A stretch of 64,000 nucleotides of DNA from Mobula hypostoma (GCF_963921235.1 NC_086108.1:32738001-32802000); one strand, 5' to 3'. Positions 13,231 through 25,583 are shown, counted from the stretch's first letter. Notes: a model not told the origin generated them from the letters alone. Numbers and translations are program-made.

Positions 13231-14334
13231 CTAAGAAAATGGCCAGCGAGCGAACATTTGGTACAAGAGGAAAATCATCCACCTGACCCATCCCTTCACT
13301 GGCTGGTAAACTGCTGGAGGGAATCGAGGAACTGGCCAGGAGGAGTTAAGCTGAGATCGGCCATGACAATATTGAAAGATCTGGCAGGCAGGCTTGAGGA
13401 CCAGGTAGCTTAATCCTTCTCCTAATGTTTTTCTGCAGTTTGACAGTTGGGGTGAGAAACGGAGAGGCAATCAGGCTTGAAATCAGAGGAAACTGGGTGA
13501 GGGTGCGGGTTAGTGTAACCCATGGAGAAGGAGCCAAGTTGAAAATGGTATCATCTTACAGACCACCCAATTTGGTGTGGTGTTACAATGATCAAGCTAT
13601 CCTGGCGTGTTCAGCAACAGACAACCCCAAATTGACCCGACTGAAACTCCCAGCCATGGGAAAGAGGAAAAGAGTTATGAGGGGATCCCATGTGACCCAA
13701 ACCTGGAAACCTCATTGGATGCACAGGTATTCCTCACGTTTGAAAATGTCTGCTCGTGTTTTCTGAGTGACGCGCTATAGCCTTGGAAATCGATGTCACC
13801 GTGCCTCGGTCAAAGGCAAAAAAGCATCTATGCAGGATACTAATACAGAAGAGAGCTTGATGCAACTGGATTTTGTGCCACCAACAGTTCTAAGTAAAAG
13901 GCCTTATCTACACTCTTTGTCAGACAGGTATCACAATATATATCATAATTGATTTGTTTTGCTAATGATAGGATACCAAGGATAAAGAAAGTAATTGGTA
14001 TTTTTTTTAAAAGTTGAAGACATGATCAATACTTGTAATCGCTATGCAATAAAATGATTAAATCAGTAAAAAAGAGAAATACTCTACCTGGGAAAAATGT
14101 GGTAAACCACTTGTAGAAATATCACTTCAGGTATGAAAACAATGCTGACATTGAATCCTAAAGCATAATGGTTAAAAAGTTGCTAAGATTGCTAATAAAA
14201 TGCAGAATTCTGAAGCTTCCAACGCTGAAACTATAGACAAACGCAATCTTTACATAATAAATTTTCTGTGGGAAAGATTTAGCTCCATTCTTCACTAGTA
14301 GTATGACCTCAAAGATGCGGATTTTTTCCAGTGG

Positions 14335-14750
14335 TGTTATATAATTATCCACAAGAAATCACAGCGAGTGTGAATGCAGTCCAGTCTATCAGACAAACCA
14401 GCCACCCCTCCACTGACTCAGTGTACATCACCCACTGCCTCAGGAAAGCGACTGACATGGTCAAGGATCCCTGCCGTCCCGCCATTCTCTCTTTCCCCCT
14501 CTCCCGTCAGGCAGAGGGTACACAACCTTGAGATCACCTGCCATCAAACTCAAAGACAGCTTTTATTTCATTCTTATCAGATCCTTGAAAAATACTAACT
14601 CGATCTCCCTTTCTTTGTACTTTACTTGTCGACCTGCAGTCTCTCTGTATCACGATATTGTTTTCCTATTACTAACTGGAAGTCGTGGTCTGTCGGCGTT
14701 GCACACAGCGGTTTATCGCTGTGTCTCAGTACGCGCGACAGTAATAAAAC
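14335..14750 (+). mobile_element. Old Rex-like LINE 3' fragment
   Basis: LQE..N.VQSI...PS.DSVY..HCLRKA..MVKDP.RP remnant and 3' UTR-like tail. Confidence 0.6.
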
Positions 14751-15632
14751 CATCCACTAATTTTTTGATTTACTATTTTCAGGAGTTTTGTGGCGGATAT
14801 CACTTTCTCCTTCTAGTTTTCACTGTCCAGTTTCATTTCCTCACTCTCTTGCAAATCTTTAATCTCAGGGCAAGTTCTGCAGTTGGAACGCTTGCTGCGA
14901 AGAGTGCAAGTCTATTCCCAACACTGACCAAATGACAGGCAGTGGCCAGAGTTTGTTCCGGTCCCAGTAGGTGGACGTGGTCTGGACTCGTTCAGCCCCA
15001 CTTGATAGCCAGTCTGATCTGTGTCTGATCCTAGAATCAGATAACGTGGAAAGAGTCCCTTCCACCGAAGTTGCTCGGGCCAACCAAGGTGCCTTCTTGA
15101 CATCCTGATAGTTTCATCTACCTGTATTTGGCCCACAGCCCTTGGAATCCTTCCTGTCCACATGTCTGATTCTCTCTGATGGCCAAGTTTTGGATGGGAC
15201 CAGACGGGTCATTAGGGTACGGTCAGCCCCGAGCGGGTGTGGGGGTTTTGGTCCAATGTGGTCTCCTCTGGACATCGGGAGTCTGACCTGATCAGGGTCG
15301 GTCTGCCTCGGACCTCGACCTGCGTCACTTGACAATCGGAGACGGCAGCAGGTTGCCGAGTCCCCTGTTCCTGGCGGACCACCTGACCTCTCCGGCCGGC
15401 TGATCTGAAGCTCACAAGGGCCAAGGCGGCAGGTGACACTTCTCCAAAAACCAGGCGGGGGAAGGCGGCCTGCGGTTATGATTATTTTAAACCTTTTTTT
15501 CCCCCGGGAGTTTTGACGTCCCGGAAGGAACAAAAAAGAGCAGGGTTAACAAAAGGAAATGGCAGTCGCATTCGAGGAACAGGTTGAAAATAAGGTTCGG
15601 TGTAACTCCACCATTCTGAGCGCACTACTCAC

Positions 15633-15692
15633 CTGTTCAACCACAATTCACAACCTAGATGGGGACTGCGTCTACTTCCAGCCCCAACGCTG
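15633..15692 (-). other. Putative non-coding exon 1 of the minus-strand FMO gene
   Basis: Consensus donor AACAG|GTGAGTAG at 15633/15632, ~80 nt downstream of a TATA-like box in a CpG-rich patch; vertebrate FMOs have a non-coding first exon. The TSS is estimated. Confidence 0.55.
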
Positions 15693-15800
15693 TTCTCGTA
15701 AACAGGGGCGCAGTATTTAAAGAGCCGCATGAGAGCGGCAGTGACGTTAACTCGATTCCTGCCCGAGCGCTGGGCGCATTTGGTTTCAAAGTACGTTCAC
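15693..15800 (-). promoter_or_regulatory. Putative proximal FMO promoter
   Basis: TTTAAATA at 15721-15714 (minus), TGACGT CRE-like half site near 15742, CpG-rich surroundings ~15200-15800. Confidence 0.5.
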
Positions 15801-16456
15801 TTTCTTAAGTTTGTTGATCCCATGTGCGTGTGTATTGGTGCATTTATTGGTGCGTATGTCAAGTAGGTGGTTGAAAGGAAAGTGCGGAGAATAAAGTAGG
15901 ATTGTGTCACTGTTGTGCAAAAACTCAGTCGCCCACCGATTTGCCGCCTTCTTATTAAATTCAGAAGAAAAAGACTGGTCTTTCCAAAACTACCCCGACC
16001 GCTTTCCAATCTACTCGTCATTAGTTTGGGGTTGAGTTACTAAATGACGCAGTTATTTTTGTTGATCGTTTACAAAGAAAGAGACAGATTCTCTTCCAGC
16101 TCACTTTGGAAATTTTGTCCTCGGGTTAATTCTCAATCTTGTATAATCTTGTCCATAAAAGAATCTAAACTGTTTTACAGTAGTAAAGCATGGAAACAAA
16201 CCCCTTGGCCAAACTGATCCACATTAACTAAGTTGTCAATATAAGCCAGTCCTATTGGCTTGTATTTGGTCCATTTCCTCCTGAAACTTTACCTGTATAC
16301 TTGTCCATTTTTTAAAGAAGTACCTGCCTCACCCACTTCCTCTGGCAGCTCATTCCATAGCCTGCCCTATAGTCTTCAAGTTTTATTTTAAAAAGTTTGG
16401 ACTTTGTTTTTGGAAAAACAAACTTGTTCAATCTCTACCTAATATTTTCCCCTTCT

Positions 16457-16938
16457 GTCTGTCTGTCTGTATCTTGTTTTATGGCAGTTGGCATCCAGCT
16501 TAATGGTGCATTACCGCCACCCTCTGCTCCAGAATGTGCACTAGACATACATTCTAAATCCCTTCACCCAATCTCTCTCACTCACACACACACACACACA
16601 CACACACAAACGTACACTTCACCCTCCCATCTTTGACCATCCTAGTATCCTATTCCTGTTTATTCGTCATATTCTATAAAAAAACCCCTGTACCCCTTAA
16701 AATCGCTAAAAATACCCGGACTTGTGCTCTCTCACCCATGCCCAGCAACATTTTTAATGTGAATTCCTGCATCCCCAACTCCCTTAATTTATTTCTCATC
16801 ATCTCTCTCTGTATCCCATACTTCCTGCAACACAAAACTACATGTTCTACTGACTCCTCTTCCTGACATTCCTCACACAATCCTGTCTGGTGTTTCCCTA
16901 TCATTTTCAATGTTTTGTTTAATGCACAATGCCCCAGC
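16457..16938 (-). mobile_element. Nimb/I-clade LINE 3' end
   Basis: C-terminal zinc knuckle LGHCALNKTLKMIGKHQTGLCEECQEEESVEHVVLCC; 14-bp TSD tattttccccttct at 16443-16456 and 16939-16952. Confidence 0.85.
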
Positions 16939-16986
16939 TATTTTCCCCTTCTTTACCTCGGGTTCCCTTTAATTTTCCTTTGTTTG

Positions 16987-17943
16987 TGTTACGATCGGGA
17001 CCGTTGACTCCTTGTTTCCCTTTAATTCGCTGTTTTCCCGTGTAAAAGGCAATTTACTCTCGACTGAACCGGCAGTTTATAAGTCATTCGGCGCTAAAGT
17101 GTTAACGAAGCTAGTGCGAGTCAATGTCATCTTGCCAGAGCAAGTGAAAGCAGGCCACCTTCCCTTGCCAGAGCTGATCCGTCAGAGTTAACCCGCCAGG
17201 GTGAGTCAAGAGCTCACCGCTGCTTGGAGCAAACTTGTGTCCAGATAAAGAACTGTCTATTGTTGTGTGGTCTCCATCTCCATGTCCTGTGTCGAAAAGG
17301 GGTCCCAGCCCTGTGTCAAAAAGAGTCCCGACTCTGTCCTGTGTCCAAGGAGCAGCCCCGGCTCAGTGTTTCTTGTCCACAGGGTGTGCCCGGCTGTCTG
17401 CTGCTACCCTGAGTTGGGAACTGTCTCTTCGTGTCCAAGTCCAACTCCAACTCCAAGCTCTGAGGTTCAAGTATCCAGTCCATGTCTGAGTCCTGAGTTC
17501 CAGGTTCTGGTTCTAGTTCCAAGTCCAAATTAAAGTTTTGTGTTCTCGTCCTGTGTAGGAGTTCCTTGTCCAGTCCTGCTGCCTTGCCACATCTTGTCCT
17601 CGCCTAGATCTGGAGTCTGAGCCAAGACCCAGGTTCTGGAGCCCTGTCCAGTCTCTGGCTCAGAGTCCTTGTCCAGGTTGCAAGTTCCTAGTTTCTCATC
17701 CAGGGCCTGTGTCTTGTCCAGTGTTGTTTCTTCCCCACTTCTCTTGCTTTCTTGACACACCTAGTCCTGTTCCTTGTCCATTATGCTTATTCCCACTTCC
17801 ACTTTGCTCTCTGCTTGATTTCTCTCTGTTCTATCCTTGTGTCATGGCTTTCCTTGTAATTATTAATAAACTCTATTTAGTTAACCCTACAAAATGTGTT
17901 TGTGTCCTGCATTTGGGTCCACCCTTGCTCTGCACTTGTGACA
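16987..17943 (+). mobile_element. Solo LTR (Gypsy-like)
   Basis: TGTTAC...GTGACA ends, internal degenerate repeats, AATAAA at ~17865; related to 24282-25583; no matching TSD seen. Confidence 0.7.
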
Positions 17944-18313
17944 GTATCTCCCATTGTTCTATTTTCCTGCAGCCTGTTCTGATCCATGTAAATTCAATAC
18001 TTCATTTGCTGTGCTTTTCCTGGCTGAGAACCTCCTAAATTGTCTGTAGTGTATAGGTGACTGACAGAATCTGACGGGAGCAGATAGGAAAGTAGTGAAA
18101 ATAAAGAGGGATTCGTAGAGATTATTTCTCAATGGGTGCTTGATGATGTCTTCAGTGAGGTGAGCAGTCTCTATCGATGTTGCATGACTTTATGGCATTT
18201 TGCTGTTGTCTCATTGTGCACACAAGTTTATGCCAGTGTCTAATTTTTCTGCTGTCCTAATAGACACATGAATGTGAGGAACATGGAAGCACGTGGCATT
18301 GTGTAGGCAGAGA

Positions 18314-18697
18314 TGTCACAACCACAGATTCGGCAATTGCGCTCGTGAACATGCACGCGTCAGCTAATTATTATTTCGTTGTGATAGTGTTTAACTCCAT
18401 TCATTCCATCGTAGTATTTGTCAAGACTTGGACACAGCAACGCTCTGCTGCCCGCTTGTATTCTGCCCTGCGCGAGAAATTGTACTGTTGAGTCAACTGA
18501 CTCTGAAGACTAGCGGTATTCGTTTTATTCTTAGTTGTTCTTTTCAGCCGCTGTGTAGGCTTTGTTTTCCATTTGAGAGTTTTAGTTAACGGCCCTGTTG
18601 GCCTAGCATTTATTATTGTTTTCCCTTTAACACTGTTCGCATTAAAGTCTGAGAACTATCTCACTCCGCACTTGGGCCATATCCTTACCGGGTGACA
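18314..18697 (+). mobile_element. Solo LTR nested in a CR1 3' fragment (~18255-18800)
   Basis: TGTCAC...GTGACA termini, gaga/gagg flanks, ATTAAA near the 3' end. Confidence 0.7.
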
Positions 18698-19994
18698 GAG
18701 GGATTAGTTAGGTTGCCTATTTGATTACTAATTTACTTGGATCAGCACAACATTGTGGGCCGAAGGGCCTGTTCCTGAGCTGTACTCTTCACTATTCTAT
18801 GTAGAGTCTGAGGGGAGTTGGTGGGAATGTGAAGAGAATATAAGGAAATGATTAATAAAAGATTGTAGGGTGAGCTGAGCAGTCTGTATTCATGTTCTGT
18901 GACCCAGTGGCAGCATGTTGTCTCATGTGCACACCAGCTTGTCAGCTGCTAATTCTTATATTAAATTAAAAAGTCCAACTTCCTCCAACAACTATTACCA
19001 GGAAATGTTAATACAAAACAATTTGAAAGGTCAGGACTTTTATTTTCTCCCTATTGGGTAATGACATAACAAAATACTTTAGGATCTGGCTCCAGGTGCG
19101 GGTAAAGTTTGAAGTCATAGAAATAATGATTTATAATATACAAACTCTGTGCCAAGTATGAATAGGAGGAGTCTGGTGCAGCCAAAGACCCGCAAAATCT
19201 CTTTTCTAAATAGCTCCACCATATTCTCAGTGGTGAAACTTTCTCAGATGCCTGCTTGCTGGACTTCTCTGGAAGAAAATGTTCTAGATTTGCTGCATTT
19301 AGAACTACGGAAAACCATGAAGTGCTGATTGTCCCTTTCCCAGTGTCCTAATTAATCCAGATTCCAACCGTCCCAATACATACCTTTCCAACCTACAGTA
19401 CATCTATTTTTTTTTGTGTGTGTTGCTTTGGATTTTCTCATGTTTGTGGCATATTTAGAATTGTTATGTTTGCAGCACAGCAGCCTCAAAGCCAGGTAGC
19501 CCTTGTACAGGCTGGATGATGAAGAGGTTACTCACACAGGGACTGATACTGTTTGCCACACGCAGGCTGCAATGCCTCTGTCTCCCGGTAAACGTCCTTT
19601 ATCGAGTGGTTGGCCACGGCAGCAAAAACTGGACACTAATATTCCTCGTTACCATAATACTGGAGACCATTACGGTTGAATAGGAATATGCGGATAGAAA
19701 GGATTCTATGCAGTGAACAATGAAGGAATGTATTTTCTTTGAAGTAAATCTAAAGTTGGAGCTCTTGGTCTCATACATGTTATAAGCTGGTTATGGAAAA
19801 AAAAAATCAATACCACATGGGCATTGTGGGTCAACAAGGCCTGTTTCTCTGTCTTGTGAACCATTTGAATTCAGTCAGATTTGGCTGAGATAGAAAAGAG
19901 AAAATGAGACTGGTAAATGGACAAAAGCAAACAATATATATGGTAGAGGTCAAGAGAAGGGTTGGTGGCGGGCAAGCAGAGAGAAGTCATTGGG

Positions 19995-20130
19995 TCAGAC
20001 AGACAAGAGAAAATATGCAGATGCTGGAAATCCAGGTAACACACCCAAAATGCTGGAGGAACTCAGCAGACCAGGTAGTATCTACAGAAAAGAGTACAGT
20101 CGACATTTTTGGCCGAGACCCTTCAGCAAG
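19995..20130 (-). mobile_element. Penelope pLTR fragment
   Basis: Same terminal sequence as other pLTR copies; degenerate hammerhead core. Confidence 0.7.
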
Positions 20131-21194
20131 ATAAGATTGGTTAGACCAGTATTATACCCATACAGCACTTCATTTCACTGCACTGCCCATAAGTTGGTAT
20201 ATGTATACTCCAAGTAAAATAGCATAATTTTATAGAAGCTAGCATGTTCTCTCAATTCTGAACATTTCCTGTAGACTATACAGCATTAATTTGGCTCTGA
20301 CCAGTGAACTAGACTATTCCACATCTTGCTGATTGGAGCTAGCAATATCATTTCCTCAGAATCACAATAAGCACTTATTTACACTATATAACATCACCTC
20401 CACACTTCATGCAGAATCAGTTACCTATTACTTTGCATCACTACCACAACCAGGCTGAACTATTCCAAACTCTCCTGCTGAACTCCCGTTTTCTGGTCTC
20501 CATGAAGTTAAACTAGCCCTTGGGACTACATCTTGCACAATGTCCTACTCACCCAGCATCTTTATTCTTACTGATCTTCACTGGCTCCACGGCCTTTTTT
20601 GTATTTGGGCCCATCTGTGGCCTTTTCTTTCAGAATGCTGGAGCAGAAAGGCTTGTAAGAATTTTGTTGAAGAAACTGAGTGAAGCCTTGTAGAAGGGTT
20701 TTCTAGATGATGTGATAAAATAGGAACAACGCTAGTAGTACAAATCCAAAGGAGATCACAGAACCAAAGAAAGGCTCTGGAAGGATTTGAGATGAGGTGA
20801 GGAGTCTAAAATTCCCCAGCATGCTATAAACCATTTGTGTAAGGACTATTATTGGATTATTTTTACTACAATTATTGGTGGATACCATTTTAGTGCTGAT
20901 TCCAATAGCTGTTATTCCTGGGAAGAAATCCAGAATGCCCAGCAAGGTACCAGTTGATCACTTATCTGAAAATACAAACATAGCTCCCCTTTTCCTTTCT
21001 AAACTTAATTCCTCTGCTCGCTAAATCTTGTTTGTTTTTATTTACCATGCAGAAATGCAAGATTCTGTGGTATTTATGCCTTTATTCAACAGCCGGTAAT
21101 GCTATTCAGAAACACATCAGTGGGCTCAGCTGGGAAACAAAGGAGTCACCAAGCAGTGTGGACAAGTGTGAAAATGATTAGTAGGCACATTCTA

Positions 21195-21944
21195 GTTGCT
21201 GGTGAACGCAGCAGGCCAGGCAGCATCTGTAGGAAGAGGTACAGTCGATGTTTCGGGCCAAGACCCTTCGTCAGGACTAACTGAAGAAAGAGCTAGTAAG
21301 AGATTTAAAAGTGGGAGGGGGAGGAGGAGATCCAAAATGATAGGAGAAGACAGGAGGGGGAGGGATGGAGCCAAGAGCTGGACAGGTGATTGGCAAAAGG
21401 GATATGAGAGGATCATGGGACAGGAGGTCCGGGGAGAAGGAAAAGGGGGAGGGGGGAACCCAGAGGATGGGCAAGGGGTATAGCCAGAGGGACAGAGGGA
21501 GAAAAAGGAGAGAGAGAGAGAAAGAATGTGTGTATATAAATAACAGATGGGGTACGAGGGGGAGGTGGGGCATTAGCGGAAGTTAGAGAAGTCAATGTTC
21601 ATGCCATCAGGTTGGAGGCTACCCAGACGGAATATAAGGTGTTGTTCCTCTAACCTGAGTGTGGCTTCATCTTTACAGTAGAGGAGGCCGTGGATAGACA
21701 TGTCGGAATGGGATGTGGAATTAAAATGTGTGGCCACTGGGAGATCCTGCTTTCTCTGGCGGACAGAGTGTAGGTGTTCAGCAAAACGATCTCCCAGTCT
21801 GCGTCGGATCTCGCCAATATATAGAAGGCCACATCGGGAGCACCGGACACAGTATGTCACCCCAGCCAAATCACAGGTGAAGTGTCGCCTCACCTGGAAG
21901 GTGCTTGAAAATGCTTGAGTTTCCAGCATCTGCAGAATTCCTCA
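21195..21944 (-). mobile_element. Penelope (Neptune-type) 3' fragment with inverted tail
   Basis: GIY-YIG ORF 21573-21929 (VTYCVRCSRCGLLYIGE...HFNS); 15-bp TSD agtaggcacattcta at 21180-21194 and 21945-21959; single copy at the paralogous site ~2391-2405. Confidence 0.92.
21242..21279 (-). ncRNA. Minimal hammerhead ribozyme motif in pLTR
   Basis: uaguc-CUGACGA-agggucuuggccc-GAAA-c-AUC^gacug; stem I aguc/gacu, stem II gggu/gccc. Confidence 0.65.
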
Positions 21945-22492
21945 AGTAGGCACATTCTACTCTTTCTAGGCTTTGGGCCTAGATACACATTGGTTTGTTT
22001 AGAGATTGTCCTCAAACGATGACTTGCGAGGGCTAAATCTTGCAGAATCCAAACTTGTGCAAGATGCTAGATTGGGCTAGATGAAGTCTCAGTCATGATT
22101 TTTGTGTTTCTGATGCATGGAAACTCATTTATAACATTTTTAGCCTCTGTTGGTGAAGAAATTTCTATCCAGTGAAAGCAAAATGGGGAAATAATTAGAA
22201 TTGTTTAAAATATAATTATTTTAGTTGTCTGATTAACATTCTAAACAAAACAGGTATACAGCACAGAAGATATGCTTTGAAAATTAGATGCAAAGATCTG
22301 GTCAGTCTAAAGAAGGTACCTAATAATGAGCTATGTATTCTGTGGGTCATCGAAATAATCCAGAATTATGGAAAGAGGAAGTAATATTATTTAAGTTATT
22401 AATGTTGAAATTCTCATTTGCTTGCATCTTGACCCCATCTCTGAAAACTCTATGTTGAGTAAAATTTGAGTTCCATCTGAGTTCCTTTAGAT

Positions 22493-22571
22493 CAGGGGTT
22501 CCCAACCTTTTTTATGCATGTACCACCACTTTTAACTGAGGAGATCCATGGATCCCAGGTTGGAAACCCTG
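22493..22571. mobile_element. hAT (Charlie-like) MITE
   Basis: TIRs CAGGGGTTCCCAACCT / AGGTTGGAAACCCTG; 8-bp TSD ctttagat/atctagat resembling NTCTAGAN. Confidence 0.8.
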
Positions 22572-22577
22572 ATCTAG

Positions 22578-22737
22578 ATCAACATCTGCAGCATTAAGAC
22601 AGCTTTCTCCTCCACCGGACTGTGGGATTTAGTGATGAGAGACATTGAGGGAAATTTGGAAACAACTACCCTTGAAGCTACTTTGGTCTGTACCGGTCAC
22701 CACAGTGACCCTCAGTTACCTCTGGATTCATTTCATG
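22578..22737 (+). pseudogene. FMO5-like pseudogene exon 4 (decayed)
   Basis: INICSIKTAFSSTGLWDLVMRDIEGNLETTTLEATLVCTGHHSDPQLPLDSFHG resembles FMO exon 4 (GQWDV...VCTGHH..P.LPL.SFPG); donor reads G|GAGAGT instead of G|GTGAGT; hAT MITE in the acceptor. Confidence 0.85.
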
Positions 22738-23099
22738 GAGAGTACAATGAGTATATTCATCAGCTGAAGAACAAGTTCAGGGGATCAAATGAAAATATTT
22801 TATATACAGTGTAAGACATTAATAAGGATTTCCATTTGCAGCATTGTATAAAGCAGCCTCTGTAAACCAGATATTATAGTTTTTTTTACAATTTTTCACA
22901 CATTCCCTGCTTCTAATCTATATTCAACGACATCACCCAAAGAGCAATGTGATAATAACCAAACTTTATGCAAAATTCATTACATCCAGAGTTTGGAGAC
23001 AAGTTGCGACGAAGCTTACTGGGTCAAGGATCAATAATAATTTCATAAGTTGTACATGTGACCATTCTCGCAGGAACGGTCAGTCCTGATGATGACTGC

Positions 23100-23820
23100 T
23101 TGAATTTTGAAGTAAGATTGGGGAGCTCATCTCTCTTCTAAATGGACTTCCTCTGTCACAGTTATGTCACCCTTTGAAATACTTCAAGGCTACCAACCTC
23201 ATTGTTCCCCATAGTGGAGCCAACGGCGGCAGTCCCGTCTGCTCAGGCCCTGGTTCGTCATTGACGGAATACTTGGAGGAGGGCAGGGAAGGCCATCCGA
23301 GCTGCCAATCGCACCTACTACCACCAGGCTAACCACCATCAGCACCCAGCCAGACCACTCCAGCCTGGGGACTGTGTCTGTCTGTCCGCCCCGAGATCTG
23401 CCCCTGTGCACAGACTACCGCAAGCTCTCACCTTAGTTCATTGGTCCCTTCCAGATTACCCAGCACATCAATCCAGTCACTTACCATCTCCAGCTGCCAC
23501 CGACCCTCAGAATTACACCTACCTTCCATTTGTCCCGTCTCAATCCCATTGTTCATGGATCACTTAAACCATCTGAGCCTGCGCCTCCGGAACTTAGGAT
23601 GGTGGAAGGTGGTCCAGAGTACACGGTTCACCAGTCAATGGATTCATATTGTCGTGGACAGAGTGTACGGTATATGGTCGACTGGGGAGGGTATGGTCCA
23701 GAGGAGAGATCTTGGGTGCTGTCCAGTTTCATCTTGGATCCATCACATATATGTTTCACCAGACCCAATTGGATTGTCCTGGGCGATTGTGTGACGGCCA
23801 TGAGGGGTGGGGGGGTGGTT
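23100..23820 (+). mobile_element. Chromovirus-type Gypsy integrase C-terminus remnant
   Basis: FIGPFQITQHINPVTYHLQLP (GPY/F domain), chromodomain-like YMVDWGGYGPEERSW, then a polypurine tract at ~23802-23817. Confidence 0.82.
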
Positions 23821-24281
23821 CAGTATCAATCTATCTTTTCCTCCATTTTGTGAGAGATTGTTCAACTCTTGCATAATTCTCTGGGAAAAGAAGTGTCACC
23901 TATCTTTTCTTCTTAATGATCTAATATTTATTCAAAGTTGTGTTCCCCTGAACTGGATATCTCCGTCAGAAGGAATTCCCATGAACTGATGACCAGTCAT
24001 TGACTTAAAAGGTTAATTCTATTTCTCCACATATGCTGTCAGAGCAGTTAGCTTTTTCTATTTTATTTCAGAGTTTTTCGCATCTGTACCATTTGATTTT
24101 GGAACATATAATTGCTGTTTGTTTTAATGATAAACTTTTATTTTTAACCATGAGCCGATACAACCTTAAACACAAGTTTGCAACTTATCTACAACCAGCT
24201 CATTCTGACATTTGCCTTTATTACTTATTATTCTACACTGAATTTCTCCATTCACTAGAGCAACTTTGCTCTATGCTGGGA

Positions 24282-25583
24282 TGTTATGATTCGGTCCGTG
24301 AAGTCCGCATTCAGGTTCACGGTCCGGTCCTGGACTCTGGACTCCGGGTCTTCTAGCTGTCCCTTGTTTCAATTGTCTTAAACATAGGCACCTGATGCTC
24401 GTCTTGGGGCTGGGAATATAAATGGCCCTGGGTTCAAGCATAGTTGCTGGCTTGTCTCATCAGTATCCTGTCCTTTCCTCCATGGAGTAAGTCAGGCTGT
24501 CTTTGCCATTACCCTGTGGTTGGATCTGACCCTTCCTGTCCTTGCCTCTGTTCGGTAAGTCAGGCTGTCTTTGCCATTACCTTGAGGCTGGACTGTTCCC
24601 TTCCCTTCCCCTTCCTTCTGGAGCCTTGCCCTGCAACCTGTGTCTAGTTCTACCACCGGAGTGAGACTGGAACCTTGCTGTGTCAGGATAAGGAACTGTC
24701 TATCCTTGAGCTGATACTGTCTCTGTATCCACGCCTTCACTAGGTAGGTCTGGCTGTTTGCCGCTACCTAGTGTTGGGAACTGTCTCGTTGTGTTTAGCA
24801 TTCTGTGTAGAGCCCTGGCCCCAAGTCCTGTTCCCAAGGAGGGGTCCTGGCTCTGTGTTCCATGTCCCTGTGTTCTTTTCTCTCAAGTCCAAGGCTCTGT
24901 GTTCCTGTGCTCTAGACCAAGGCTCTGTGTTCTTGTCCTCCCCAGGACCAAGGCTCTGTGTTCTGCGTTTCTGTCATAACAATTCCAAGGTTCTGAGGTT
25001 CTTGTAGTCCCAAGTCCAAGGCTCGGCTGTTCCTCAGTACCAAGTCAAGGCTTCATGTTCTTGTCCTGTCCATGTGCTTCATCCTGTGCTGGAGTTCCCA
25101 CGTCCTGTGCTGGAGTTCCCTTGTCTTGCCCAGGAGTCTCTCGTTCTGTCCTGTAGCCTCACCTAGTCCTGTCTCCCAAGACCACATCATGTCTTTGCCT
25201 AGTTCTGGAGTCTGAGCCCGAGTCAAGACCCAGGTTCTGGGTCCTTGTCCAGTCTCTGGCTCAGAGTCTGAACCCTAGCCTTGTCATGTCCTCGCCATGA
25301 AGAACCCAAGCCATGTCTAGTCCTGTAACTACGTCATGCCCTCACCTAGTTCCAGGGTTCGAGCCCGAGTTAAGACCCAGGTTCTAGGTCCTTGTCCAGT
25401 CTCCGGCTCGGAGTCCAAGCTCAGGCTCCTAGTTCCCAGTTCCTTGTCCTGGTCTCGTTTGCCTAGCCAATGTCCTAGCCCAAGTCTGTGTTCTTGTCCC
25501 AGCTCTCTAGTGAAGTCCTGTTCCTAGTACTTCTGTATCTGTGTCTTGCATTTGGGTCCACTCCCAGCACCCCCGTTATGACA
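24282..25583 (+). mobile_element. Solo LTR (Gypsy-like)
   Basis: TGTTAT...ATGACA termini, ggga/gggg flanks, TATAAA at ~24417, internal tandem-like repeats. Confidence 0.78.

Larger units (their letters stand above)
20140..22451. repeat. Inverted duplication arm 2 (intron 3 of the plus-strand FMO pseudogene)
   Basis: Reverse complement of 1193-5200; carries its own Penelope insertion at 21195-21944. Confidence 0.92.

Noticed and set aside
15114..15533. 139-aa ORF in the CpG-rich region
   Set aside because: No recognisable domain; stop-poor because of high GC.
24480..25530. Recurring short repeats resembling an array or CRISPR
   Set aside because: Irregular, degenerate units without unique spacers, inside a TG...CA LTR in eukaryotic DNA.
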